Origin: Clostridia bacterium
Lineage (GTDB): Bacteria; Bacillota; Clostridia; TANB77; CAG-508
Reading direction: 5' to 3'
NCBI GenBank assembly: GCA_045628105.1
Contig: JAZQOX010000021.1
Coordinates: 1 to 58,423, forward strand
DNA: 58,423 nt
Below, in pieces: positions 29,798-38,816 of this stretch. The notes under the pieces were generated by a model, which was not told the DNA's origin, ran no database searches, and worked only from the letters and a program-made list of their open reading frames with translations. The position numbers were made by a program, and so were the translations under genes. Position 1 is the first letter of the stretch; every line of letters begins with the position of its first letter.

Positions 29798-30065
29798 ATG
29801 AGGGGAATATCAATAGAAGAACGAGCAATAAGTTTAGCTCACTATATTATAGATTCAAAAGATACAGTGCGTGGAGCTGCGAAAAAATTTCGGAATAAGT
29901 AAAAGCACAGTACACAAAGATGTTAGTGAGAGATTAATAAACATAAATGGTGCTTTAGCTTTAGAAGTCAGAAAAGTATTAGATGAGAACAAAGCAGAGA
30001 GACACTTAAGAGGAGGCCTGGCAACAAAATTAAAATATGAAAAGGAACATGTAAAAAATGAATAG
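29798..30065 (+). CDS. spoIIID: Sporulation transcription regulator SpoIIID, interrupted by one +1 frame break at an in-frame CGG
   Basis: MRGISIEERAISLAHYIIDSKDTVRGAAKKF + GISKSTVHKDVSERL...RHLRGGLATKLKY matches SpoIIID end to end only if C 29891 is skipped. Confidence 0.85.
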
Positions 30066-30182
30066 AAATGTCGAAAAATAGGCAAAAATGACTAACGATT
30101 CTTAGAAAAAAATAGGCAAAATTATTGTTTTTATAAAAATAAAATGGTAAAATTATCCAATAAAACTGGAAAGAGGGATAAT

Positions 30183-31541
30183 ATGGGAATTATTATTGAA
30201 CTTGAACAAATGATTGAACATAATACATTAATACAATGGATTATAGTAAGTTCAGTTGCTTCATTTGTTTTCTCAATTCTTGATATTTTAGTAATTTCCC
30301 AAATATTTAATGTTAATCTCTCAAAGAAAAAAATAATTATTACTTCATTAATTAATGGTATTTTTAGAATAATATTTACATTTCTTTTAAAAGCACCACA
30401 TAATAGAATAGCAAACATTATAATAAGCATTTTAATATACAAATTTATATTAAATCAGACTATCGAAAAATCAATATTAGTAGAAGTTATCAATTTTGCA
30501 ATAATTTTAGCGACAGAACTATTTTTTTCAAAATTATTTATAACATTTCTTCAAAATGTTGAAACATATCAAACTGGAGCATACAATTATATATATAAAT
30601 CATGTTTAACAATAGCAATTTCATTAGCTAGATTTGCAATATATTATATTTTAAAAATTAAAAATATAACAATAGAGTTAAGTGATCATCTTAATAAAAA
30701 GAATAAATACAGCTTGGTTATTATGCTTATAATTGGAACAGCAGTTATTCTATTTAATGAAATTATTTTTAATAGATATGTAACAAATCTTCCATATAGT
30801 GTATTTTTGATGAATGTATCGTTATTAACATTATGCATGTTTATTAGCATAAGAACAATAATAAAAATTTCTATTATAGAAGAACAAAATGCAAAGATTA
30901 ATAATTTAGAATCATACAATAAAACTTTATCAATTATGTATGATAGCATTAGAGGCTTTAGACATGACTATGCCAATTTTATTCAAGCACTTTCAGGATA
31001 TGTAGAAGCAAATGATATTGATGGAATTAGAATTATGAGTAAAGCAATAATGAAAGAATGTATGAAAGTAAACAACATGGGCATATTAGATCCAAAAATA
31101 ATTGATAATCCATCAGTTTACAGCATTATAACCAACAAATATTATGCAGCTGAAAGAGAAAAAATTTCAATGAATTTGGAAATCATGACAGACTTTAAAG
31201 ATGTAAAAAGATATAGTTATGAGTTTTGTAAAATATTAGGAATTTTATTGGATAACGCAATTGAAGCATCGAAGGAATGCAGCGAAAAAACCGTAAATAT
31301 TAGATTTATTAAAGATAGCAAGGCAAATAAAAAATTATTAGTTATAGAAAATTCTTATGAGAATAAGGAAATAAATTTAGATAAAATCTATGAAAAAGGA
31401 TATACAACAAAAGAAAAACCTGGGGATAAGCATGGACTTGGATTATGGAATGTTAAAAGAATACTAAACCAGACAGAAAAATTAAGCTTGTATACAAGTA
31501 AAGGACAGTATTTTAAACAACAACTTGAAATATTTGAATAG
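30183..31541 (+). CDS. AgrC/ComD-type (HPK10, GHKL) membrane sensor histidine kinase, orphan
   Basis: About six N-terminal TM segments, FRHDYANFIQAL H-box, N-box LGILLDNAIEA, G-box GLGLWNV. No response regulator adjacent. Confidence 0.8.
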   Translation: MGIIIELEQMIEHNTLIQWIIVSSVASFVFSILDILVISQIFNVNLSKKKIIITSLINGIFRIIFTFLLKAPHNRIANIIISILIYKFILNQTIEKSILVEVINFAIILATELFFSKLFITFLQNVETYQTGAYNYIYKSCLTIAISLARFAIYYILKIKNITIELSDHLNKKNKYSLVIMLIIGTAVILFNEIIFNRYVTNLPYSVFLMNVSLLTLCMFISIRTIIKISIIEEQNAKINNLESYNKTLSIMYDSIRGFRHDYANFIQALSGYVEANDIDGIRIMSKAIMKECMKVNNMGILDPKIIDNPSVYSIITNKYYAAEREKISMNLEIMTDFKDVKRYSYEFCKILGILLDNAIEASKECSEKTVNIRFIKDSKANKKLLVIENSYENKEINLDKIYEKGYTTKEKPGDKHGLGLWNVKRILNQTEKLSLYTSKGQYFKQQLEIFE

Positions 31542-31542
31542 A

Positions 31543-31578
31543 AAAACTCTTAAAGTAGTATTTCTTTAAGAGTTTTTT
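31543..31578 (+). terminator. Intrinsic terminator
   Basis: AAACTCTTAAAG/CTTTAAGAGTTT hairpin plus T-run. Confidence 0.75.
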
Positions 31579-31581
31579 ATC

Positions 31582-31609
31582 ACTTTATATGATTTTTCGA
31601 CATAAAATA
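31582..31609 (+). promoter_or_regulatory. Possible sigma-K-type promoter for yabG
   Basis: AC (31582-83), 17 nt, then CATAaaaTA (31601-31609) fits AC-N16/17-CATANNNTA. yabG is sigma-K dependent in B. subtilis. Confidence 0.35.
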
Positions 31610-31639
31610 TAGTAGCAACATGGTTATGGGGTGATAGAG

Positions 31640-32440
31640 ATGAAACTAAAAAAAGGCGATATTGTTGTAAGAATTTCTTATGGCAAAGATATTCTTTTTA
31701 GAATAGATAAAATTATAAAAATACATGAAGGAAAAATATATGCAATATTAAAAGGTGTAGAGGTAAGAGTGGAGGCTGATGCTCCAATAGAAGATATAGA
31801 GAAAGCTGAAAATGATCAAATTGAAAAAGCAAAAAAAAATTTAGAAAATACTGTATTAAATTTAATAGGAGAAAAGCAATTTAGGGGATATAAAAAAAAC
31901 ACCGGAAAAATATTACATTTAGATGGTGATAGAAGATACAGCGAAAAATCAATGAGATATTACAAAAAAATGGGCTTAAATGCTATTGTTAAAAATGTTC
32001 CTGAATGTAAACAGCCAATGATTGTAAGATGGCTTCTTGAGAAGTATAATCCAGACATTTTAATAATTACAGGTCATGATGCAATGCTTAAAAATGGAAT
32101 AAATTATTCTAATATATATAATTATAGAAATTCAAAAAATTTTATTGAAACCGTGAAGGAAGCGAGAAAATGGGCTAAAAATTCAAACAAACTAGTAATA
32201 TTTGCTGGAGCATGTCAAAGTTATTTTGAAGCAATAATAGATGCAGGAGCAGACTTTGCATCCTCGCCAGGAAGAATATTGATAGATTTTATAGATCCGA
32301 TAATTGTAGCTGAAAAAATTGCAACAACTGATAAAAATAGATTTATAAGTGGGTATGAAATTTCTAAACATATAAAAGAAGGAGAAAGGGGAATAAATGG
32401 AATAGGGGCAATGGGAAAAAGTAACTACATTGTAACATAA
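31640..32440 (+). CDS. yabG: Sporulation-specific protease YabG
   Basis: MKLKKGDIVVRISYGKDILFRI start, HLDGD and IITGHDA motifs. Adjacent to veg as in Bacillus and Clostridium. Confidence 0.85.
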   Translation: MKLKKGDIVVRISYGKDILFRIDKIIKIHEGKIYAILKGVEVRVEADAPIEDIEKAENDQIEKAKKNLENTVLNLIGEKQFRGYKKNTGKILHLDGDRRYSEKSMRYYKKMGLNAIVKNVPECKQPMIVRWLLEKYNPDILIITGHDAMLKNGINYSNIYNYRNSKNFIETVKEARKWAKNSNKLVIFAGACQSYFEAIIDAGADFASSPGRILIDFIDPIIVAEKIATTDKNRFISGYEISKHIKEGERGINGIGAMGKSNYIVT

Positions 32441-32462
32441 ATGTAATACAAATGTAATATTC
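32431..32462 (+). repeat. Three tandem 11-nt repeats TGTAAYAYAAA
   Basis: TGTAACATAAA TGTAATACAAA TGTAATATTC span the yabG stop. Two similar tandem units lie at 51051-51072. Confidence 0.7.
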
Positions 32463-32528
32463 AAACAAAAAAACTTTAAACCCGTTGAAAATAGCGAGAA
32501 AACAAAAAACGACACAGAAAAACATATT

Positions 32529-32557
32529 TTGACATTTTATTTTTCGGATGATATAAT
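32529..32557 (+). promoter_or_regulatory. Consensus sigma-A promoter (Pveg-like)
   Basis: TTGACA (32529-34), 17-nt spacer ending TG-a, TATAAT (32552-57), directly upstream of veg. Confidence 0.8.
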
Positions 32558-32579
32558 TCAGAAAAATTAATGAGGGGAT

Positions 32580-32870
32580 GTGTTGACAATGATTTGCAAA
32601 GACGATATCTCAAACATTAAAACAGAATTGAACGAAAACATAGGAAGAAAGGTTCTAATAAAAGGAGCAATGGGAAGAAAGAGGTTTTTTGAAGAAGAAG
32701 CCGTCATAGAAAACACTTATCCAAACATTTTTATTGTTAAAAATAAAAATAAAGATACAAATGCAAGTTATAGATATACAGATATTTTAACAAATGAATT
32801 ACAAATTTCAATTTTTAATGGAACAGACTATTTTCCACTTGTTCCAGCAGAATTAAGATCAAAATTTTAA
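32580..32870 (+). CDS. veg: Veg protein (DUF1021)
   Basis: I..IK..L..N.G.KV.IK...GRK.....A.IENTYPNIFIV ... YRYTDILT matches Veg. The start is ambiguous (GTG 32580, TTG 32583 or ATG 32589). Confidence 0.85.
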   Translation: MLTMICKDDISNIKTELNENIGRKVLIKGAMGRKRFFEEEAVIENTYPNIFIVKNKNKDTNASYRYTDILTNELQISIFNGTDYFPLVPAELRSKF

Positions 32871-32972
32871 AAAAATTCCTAGCAATAGGAATTTTTTTTT
32901 GTTGGTTTAATATAATGTAATAATTAGAAAAAAAGTGCCAGGCAAATTAAAATAAAGAAAGGAATTGAAAAT

Positions 32973-34508
32973 ATGTTAGTTGAAACTTCTAAAAGTGAAT
33001 TTATATTAAACCAGAATATTGGTAAAAAAAGAGAGAATAGAATAATTGAAACAGACATCATAGTAAATGATGTTAAGCCAGATGTATTAAATATTGTAAG
33101 TACATCTGGAATAATTAACATTTATAAAAAGGAGATATTGAATAAAAAAATAAAAATAGATGGAGCAATAAATACATATGTAATGTATGTTGCAGACGAT
33201 GAACACGCAAGCATAAGAAGCTTAAATACAAGCATAGATTTTACCCAAATTATTGATATGGAAGAAATTAATGATAACAATGATATCACAGTAAATGTTA
33301 GTTTGAAAAGTTTTGATACCAAAATAATAAATGGAAGAAAATTAAATATAAAGGCAAATCTTGAATTTAATATAAAAGCATATTCTAATGAAAAGGTAGG
33401 AATTATTACAAATATTGAGAACAACAATAAAATACTTATGCTAAACAATATTCAAAAAATAGTATCACTAGTTGGAAGTGGAAGTAATAAAGTATCAGCG
33501 AAAGATACAATTGCAATAGATGCATCAGATGATTTAGCAGAAATTATGAGAGTTAACTTTAAAATAATAGATGAAGAAACAAAAATTAGCTATAATAAGG
33601 TATTATCGAAGGCGGATGCAGAAATAAATATTCTATATTTAACAGAAGATAATAGAATTAATTCAGTAACAACTAAAATACCAATAATGGGTTTTGTAGA
33701 TATTCAAAATGTAAACGAAAATTGCAAATGTGAAATTCAAAATAATTTATGCAATATGATTATTAAACCAAATGTAACTACAGAACACACAATAGGGGTT
33801 GAAATAGAAATTGATGTAAATTGTGAAGCATATGAAACAAAAGAAATTAATGTAATAGAAGATATGTATTGTGTTGACAAGGAAGTAACTTTTAACAAAA
33901 AAGAAATAAATGCAATTATAGAAAGAAACAAAATATGTGATACATATATATTAAATGAAAACATAAGAATTCCAGAACTGGCAGGGCGTGTCTTAAATGT
34001 AAATACAATTCCAGAGATAACTTCTAGTAAGGCTAGAAACGGAAAAATAATTTATGAAGGTAATATCAACTTAGAAATATTATTTGAACAAAATAGTGGT
34101 GTTAATTTACAAACAGTTGACTTACCATTTAATTTTGAAATTATTTCAGAAAATATTGAAAATTGTTCGGAAATACAAACACAGCTAAAAATAAAACAGG
34201 ATGATTTCAGTCTAAAAGACGGGGTAATGGGAGCAACAATAGGAATTGAATTTAATGTTTCAGAACAAAAAAATAGAGTACTTAATATAATTGATAATGT
34301 TGAAATAAATGAAAGTGAAAACTGTTGCACATATAGTATGGTAATATATTTTGTAAAACCTGGAGATACATTGTGGAATATAGCTAAAATGTTTAAAAGC
34401 ACAGTTGAAGATATAGCCAAAACAAACAACATTGAAAATTCAGATAAAATAAATGTAGGACAGCAATTGTTTATACCAAGATTTTGCACAAAAAAAGTAG
34501 CTGTTTAA
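32973..34508 (+). CDS. DUF3794 (SPOCS)-repeat protein with C-terminal LysM domain
   Basis: The C-terminus YFVKPGDTLWNIAKMFKSTVEDIAKTNNI...INVGQQLFIP is a LysM domain. The long beta-rich body is typical of clostridial sporulation-associated DUF3794 proteins. Confidence 0.7.
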   Translation: MLVETSKSEFILNQNIGKKRENRIIETDIIVNDVKPDVLNIVSTSGIINIYKKEILNKKIKIDGAINTYVMYVADDEHASIRSLNTSIDFTQIIDMEEINDNNDITVNVSLKSFDTKIINGRKLNIKANLEFNIKAYSNEKVGIITNIENNNKILMLNNIQKIVSLVGSGSNKVSAKDTIAIDASDDLAEIMRVNFKIIDEETKISYNKVLSKADAEINILYLTEDNRINSVTTKIPIMGFVDIQNVNENCKCEIQNNLCNMIIKPNVTTEHTIGVEIEIDVNCEAYETKEINVIEDMYCVDKEVTFNKKEINAIIERNKICDTYILNENIRIPELAGRVLNVNTIPEITSSKARNGKIIYEGNINLEILFEQNSGVNLQTVDLPFNFEIISENIENCSEIQTQLKIKQDDFSLKDGVMGATIGIEFNVSEQKNRVLNIIDNVEINESENCCTYSMVIYFVKPGDTLWNIAKMFKSTVEDIAKTNNIENSDKINVGQQLFIPRFCTKKVAV

Positions 34509-34509
34509 A

Positions 34510-35187
34510 ATGGATTATATATATTCAAGAAATAGAATAAAATTAGCAAAATGTAAAAAAAAATTTAAGAAAAATAGAAATTTAAAAAAAATATATTTTA
34601 TAATTATATTTTATTCTATTACAATAACAACTAGTTGGTATGTTTTAAAATCAATAGATCCAATATTTGAAGGACTTTGCATTTCAAAAGCAACCAATAT
34701 TGCGACAGAAATAACAAACAAAAAAACTAGTGAAGTCTTAGCAAGATATAATTATAAAGAAACAGTAGAAATACAGGAGGGTGAAAATTCAAAAAATAAA
34801 ATATTAAAAACTGATGTTGTTTTATTAAATGAAATAATATCTGAAATTGCAATAAAAACACAAGAAGAATTAGAAAAAATGTCAAGAGAAAATATCGAAA
34901 TTCCAATAGGAGCATTAACAGGAAACAAATATTTCTCAGCATTTGGACCAAAAGTAAAAATACGAATAATGCCAACAGGGAATATCACAACAGATATAAA
35001 AACAGAATTCAAATCTGCAGGTATTAATCAAACTATATATAGAATATATATGGAAATTGAATGTAATGTGTCAATTTTAACTTCATATAAAACAATATCA
35101 AAACAGATAAATAATCAGATATTGCTTGTTGAAACAGTAATAGTAGGGGAAGTTCCGGAGACATATATGGAACTTGAAAATAATTAA
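34510..35187 (+). CDS. Sporulation protein YunB-like
   Basis: Basic N-terminus, one TM, about 225 aa, with conserved IEIPIGALTGN and IYRIYMEI segments as in YunB. Confidence 0.6.
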   Translation: MDYIYSRNRIKLAKCKKKFKKNRNLKKIYFIIIFYSITITTSWYVLKSIDPIFEGLCISKATNIATEITNKKTSEVLARYNYKETVEIQEGENSKNKILKTDVVLLNEIISEIAIKTQEELEKMSRENIEIPIGALTGNKYFSAFGPKVKIRIMPTGNITTDIKTEFKSAGINQTIYRIYMEIECNVSILTSYKTISKQINNQILLVETVIVGEVPETYMELENN

Positions 35188-35288
35188 AATGTAAAAAAAT
35201 TATTGTAAAAAAAGATAAAAAATTGTATAATTATATTATGGAATAATTTAAACATATAAAAACTAAAGAAACAAAAGGATGATGAAAG

Positions 35289-36929
35289 ATGCAAGTAGCT
35301 TATAAAGATATAATAATTGATGTAAAACAGGGAACTCCTGTAAAAGTACTTCTTCAAAATGAAATAGCTAAATCAAAATGCAAAGTAATTGCATGTAAAT
35401 TTAATAATGAAATTAAATCTTTAAATTATAATATTAATAAAGATGGAAAACTAGAATTGATAGACTTAAATGATAAAGATGGTATGAGAATATATCGAAG
35501 AGGACTTGTCTATATTACAAGCAAGGCATTCTCTGAAGTTTATCCGGAAGCATTTATAACAATAAATTATCAACTATCAAATGCAATGTATTGCGTTGCA
35601 GAAAACTTGAAAATAACAGAACGAGTAATTGCCAACATAAATAGAAAAGTAAAAGAAATAATAAAAAGAAATATTCCAATAGAAAAAAGGTTTATGACAA
35701 AAGAAGAGGCAACAGAATTCTATAAAAAGGAAAATACACAAAAAGGAAAATTACAATTAGATTTACAAAGCAAAAAAGAAGTAACACTTTATTACTGTGA
35801 GGATTATTATAACTACTTTTATGGTGTTTTACCAATAGAAACAGGATTTGCTGAAGAATATAATATAGAAAAATATCATGAAGGATTTATAATAAGATAT
35901 CCAAGCTGTGAAGAAGTTGATACATTAACAGATTTTAAAGACACACCAAAACTTTTTTCTACTTTGGAAGAGTATGATAAATTACACAAAATATTAGATG
36001 TAAACACATTATACAAATTAAATCAAATAATAAGAAATAAAAAAATTGAAGAATATATATTATTAGACGAAGCGCTACATGAAAAGAAAATAGCTAGTAT
36101 AGCAGACAATATTGCAAAAAATAAAGGAATAAAACTGGTAACAATTGCAGGTCCATCATCATCAGGAAAAACAACATTTGCAAAAAGATTAGAAATACAA
36201 TTAAAACTTAATGGATTAAAACCAGTTACAATTTCAGTAGACAATTATTTTGTTGAAAGAGAAGAAACTCCTCGTGACGAAAAAGGAGAATATGATTTTG
36301 AATGTTTAGAGTCGATTGACAGAGAATTATTAAATAAAGATATAATAAAATTACTAAATGGAGAAGAAATAGATTGCCCAACATTTAATTTTCAGACAGG
36401 ACACAAAGAATATAAAGGCAACAAAATGAAACTAGCAAAAGATGAAATTTTAATTATGGAGGGAATACATTGTTTAAATGATGAACTTACATATTTAATT
36501 TCAAAAAAACAAAAATATAAAATATATATTAGCGCATTAACAGTTCTAAATATTGACTCCTACAATAGAATTTCAACAACTGATACAAGATTAATTCGTA
36601 GATTGGCAAGAGATTATAAATTTAGAGGATATGATGCACTAAGTACTCTTGAAAGATGGCCATCAGTAAATAGGGGAGAAAATAATAATATATTTAAATT
36701 TCAAGAGGAAGCGGATGTAATGTTCAATTCGTCTTTAATATATGAATTAGCGGTACTAAAAAAATATGCACTTCCATTATTAAAAAACATTAGTAGTTCG
36801 TCATCATACTACTCAGAAGCAAAAAGACTAATATCAATGCTTACATATTTTGAAGATATACCAGATGAAGCGGTACCAACACATTCATTATTAAGGGAAT
36901 TTATTGGAGGAAGTATTTTTAAAGAATAA
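35289..36929 (+). CDS. Uridine-kinase-family nucleoside kinase with N-terminal TGS/ThrRS-like extension
   Basis: P-loop IAGPSSSGKTTFAKRL and the udk-like body DNYF, EGIH. The N-terminal 250 aa or so resemble the ThrRS N-terminal region. Confidence 0.75.
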   Translation: MQVAYKDIIIDVKQGTPVKVLLQNEIAKSKCKVIACKFNNEIKSLNYNINKDGKLELIDLNDKDGMRIYRRGLVYITSKAFSEVYPEAFITINYQLSNAMYCVAENLKITERVIANINRKVKEIIKRNIPIEKRFMTKEEATEFYKKENTQKGKLQLDLQSKKEVTLYYCEDYYNYFYGVLPIETGFAEEYNIEKYHEGFIIRYPSCEEVDTLTDFKDTPKLFSTLEEYDKLHKILDVNTLYKLNQIIRNKKIEEYILLDEALHEKKIASIADNIAKNKGIKLVTIAGPSSSGKTTFAKRLEIQLKLNGLKPVTISVDNYFVEREETPRDEKGEYDFECLESIDRELLNKDIIKLLNGEEIDCPTFNFQTGHKEYKGNKMKLAKDEILIMEGIHCLNDELTYLISKKQKYKIYISALTVLNIDSYNRISTTDTRLIRRLARDYKFRGYDALSTLERWPSVNRGENNNIFKFQEEADVMFNSSLIYELAVLKKYALPLLKNISSSSSYYSEAKRLISMLTYFEDIPDEAVPTHSLLREFIGGSIFKE

Positions 36930-36975
36930 TATAGAGCCCCTAAAAGGGGCTAATATTAAAACAAAAGGAGAAAAG

Positions 36976-37293
36976 ATGGACAGCTTATTTACAGAAATAG
37001 ATGAAGAATTTATATGTGAAAATTGTGGAAACAAAGTACCAAAACTTGGATATTCATGTAGAAACCATTGCAATAAGTGTTTATACTCAAAACATGTCGA
37101 TATAAACCCAGGAGATAGACAAGAAACTTGCCATGGATTATTAGAACCTATAGGGGTAGAAATTAATTCAAAAAAAGGATATGTAATAGTATACAAATGT
37201 AAAAAATGTGGAGCAATTAGAAAAAATAAAGCAGCAAAAGACGATAACATAGACCTAATAATAAAATTATCACCCAATTGGGGACGTATTTAA
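36976..37293 (+). CDS. RNHCP-domain zinc-ribbon protein
   Basis: FICENCGNKV.....SCRNHCNKCLYSKHVD ... YKCKKCG. The last 7 codons and the stop lie inside the 25-nt repeat. Confidence 0.7.
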   Translation: MDSLFTEIDEEFICENCGNKVPKLGYSCRNHCNKCLYSKHVDINPGDRQETCHGLLEPIGVEINSKKGYVIVYKCKKCGAIRKNKAAKDDNIDLIIKLSPNWGRI

Positions 37294-37297
37294 ATTG
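37273..37297 (+). repeat. Third copy of the 25-nt element CCCAATTGGGGACGTATTTAAATTG
   Basis: Identical to 26941-26965, followed by a related CCCAATTTGGGAC at 37308-37320. Confidence 0.9.
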
Positions 37298-37351
37298 AGA
37301 AAATTTTCCCAATTTGGGACAGGCTTACAATAAAAAAATGAGAGGTAAAAA

Positions 37352-38194
37352 ATGAGCGTATTAAAAGAAACTAAATTCATAATGGACAAGTACAATATAA
37401 CTGCAAATAAAAGCCTAGGTCAAAACTTTTTAGTTGAGGATGAAGCTGTTTCTGGAATTGTTGATGCAGCCTCAATTTCAAGAGATGACTTAGTAATAGA
37501 AATAGGACCAGGACTTGGAACATTAACAAAAGATCTATTAGAAAAAGCTGGAAAAGTAGTTTGCATAGAGCTAGATAAGAGAATGGTTCAAATATTAAAC
37601 GATAGATTTTCTTTATATGAAAATTTTCAAATAATAAATGAAGACGTGTTAAAAGTTGATTTAAATAATGTCATAAAAAATGCAAACATGAAAACGACAA
37701 AAATTGTAGCAAATTTACCATACTATATAACAACACCAATCATAATGAAATTATTAGAAGACAGACTTAACATAGAAACAATTACAGTTATGATACAAAA
37801 AGAAGTTGCAGATAGACTTGTAACAGAGCCAGGCAAAGGAGATACAGGAGCAATAACATATGCAATAAGATATTATACAAATCCAAGAAGAATACTAGAA
37901 GTACAAAATACATCATTCATACCAGCACCAAAAGTAAATTCTACGGTAATACAACTAGAAGTATTAAAACAACCAGGTGTAATGGTTGAAAATGAAGAAA
38001 AACTATTTGAACTTATAAAAATGTCATTTATGCAAAAACGAAAAACGCTTGTAAACTCATTAACTAATAGCGGCAAATACGGTAGCAAAGAACATATAGA
38101 AAATATATTAGCACAGCTAAACATAGATTTAAAAATACGACCAGAAAAACTAACATTAGAGCAATATGCAGAAATTTTGAAAATGATATTATAA
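37352..38194 (+). CDS. rsmA: 16S rRNA (adenine1518/1519-N6)-dimethyltransferase
   Basis: LGQNFLVD-like start, EIGPGLGTLT SAM motif, ANLPYYITTPI. Confidence 0.95.
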   Translation: MSVLKETKFIMDKYNITANKSLGQNFLVEDEAVSGIVDAASISRDDLVIEIGPGLGTLTKDLLEKAGKVVCIELDKRMVQILNDRFSLYENFQIINEDVLKVDLNNVIKNANMKTTKIVANLPYYITTPIIMKLLEDRLNIETITVMIQKEVADRLVTEPGKGDTGAITYAIRYYTNPRRILEVQNTSFIPAPKVNSTVIQLEVLKQPGVMVENEEKLFELIKMSFMQKRKTLVNSLTNSGKYGSKEHIENILAQLNIDLKIRPEKLTLEQYAEILKMIL

Positions 38195-38219
38195 AGAATG
38201 ACATAAAAGGAGGAAAATT

Positions 38220-38795
38220 ATGGCCAGAAAGGGAAGAAGACAATTAAAAAAACAATTATTAAATACAACCAAAGGAACAATACAAGAACAAGAACCAGAG
38301 CAAACCGAAGAAATTGTTAATATTGTTAATAATGTTGATGAACATGGATTTTATAGTGATGGAACATATGCAAAAACTGGAGAAATATATGACGAGAGAG
38401 GGTTTAAAATAGACGGAACCAATATATATACACATGGAAAATTTGATAAAAGAGGGTTTGACATAAAGGGATATTTTAATGGCATTAATGGTGTGAAATA
38501 TGATTATGCAGGATTTGATAAAGATGGCTATAATTCAAAAGGATTTGATTCAAATGGAAGACATAAAGATACTAATCGCTTTTATGGACCAGATGGTTTA
38601 AACATTCACGGACGTACAAGAGAGCAACAAGCTTTTTGGGAAAAAGCGCAACAAGCACAAGAATTAGATAAAAAAATAGCAATAAGTAATGCGAAAATAG
38701 ATGAATTGGAAGCGACAATAGCTAGGCTACAAGCAGAACTACAAGAAGAAATGGGCAGACGTAAGAATTTAGAAGAAGATAGAAGTAAATTATAA
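38220..38795 (+). CDS. Hypothetical protein with tandem GFDxxG repeats and a C-terminal coiled coil
   Basis: HGFYSDGT, RGFKIDGT, RGFDIKGY, AGFDKDGY, KGFDSNGR and FYGPDGL in tandem, then a heptad-like tail. Confidence 0.55.
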   Translation: MARKGRRQLKKQLLNTTKGTIQEQEPEQTEEIVNIVNNVDEHGFYSDGTYAKTGEIYDERGFKIDGTNIYTHGKFDKRGFDIKGYFNGINGVKYDYAGFDKDGYNSKGFDSNGRHKDTNRFYGPDGLNIHGRTREQQAFWEKAQQAQELDKKIAISNAKIDELEATIARLQAELQEEMGRRKNLEEDRSKL

Positions 38796-38816
38796 AACGA
38801 TGGAGGAAAAGTAAAG

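Noticed and set aside
32431-32462. The phased TGTAAT repeats read as PhoP boxes (TT[ATC]ACA on the other strand).
   Set aside because: The reverse complement is ATTACA, which does not fit the hexamer in register. They are kept only as an unassigned phased repeat.
36904-36975. The upstream extension of the RNHCP ORF (track start 36904).
   Set aside because: It overlaps the end of the kinase gene. ATG 36976 has an AAAGGAG RBS and begins the conserved part.
26941-37320. The repeated 25-mers considered as a CRISPR array.
   Set aside because: There are only three copies, two of them in inverted orientation forming one hairpin and the third 10 kb away. There is no regular spacer structure and no cas genes.
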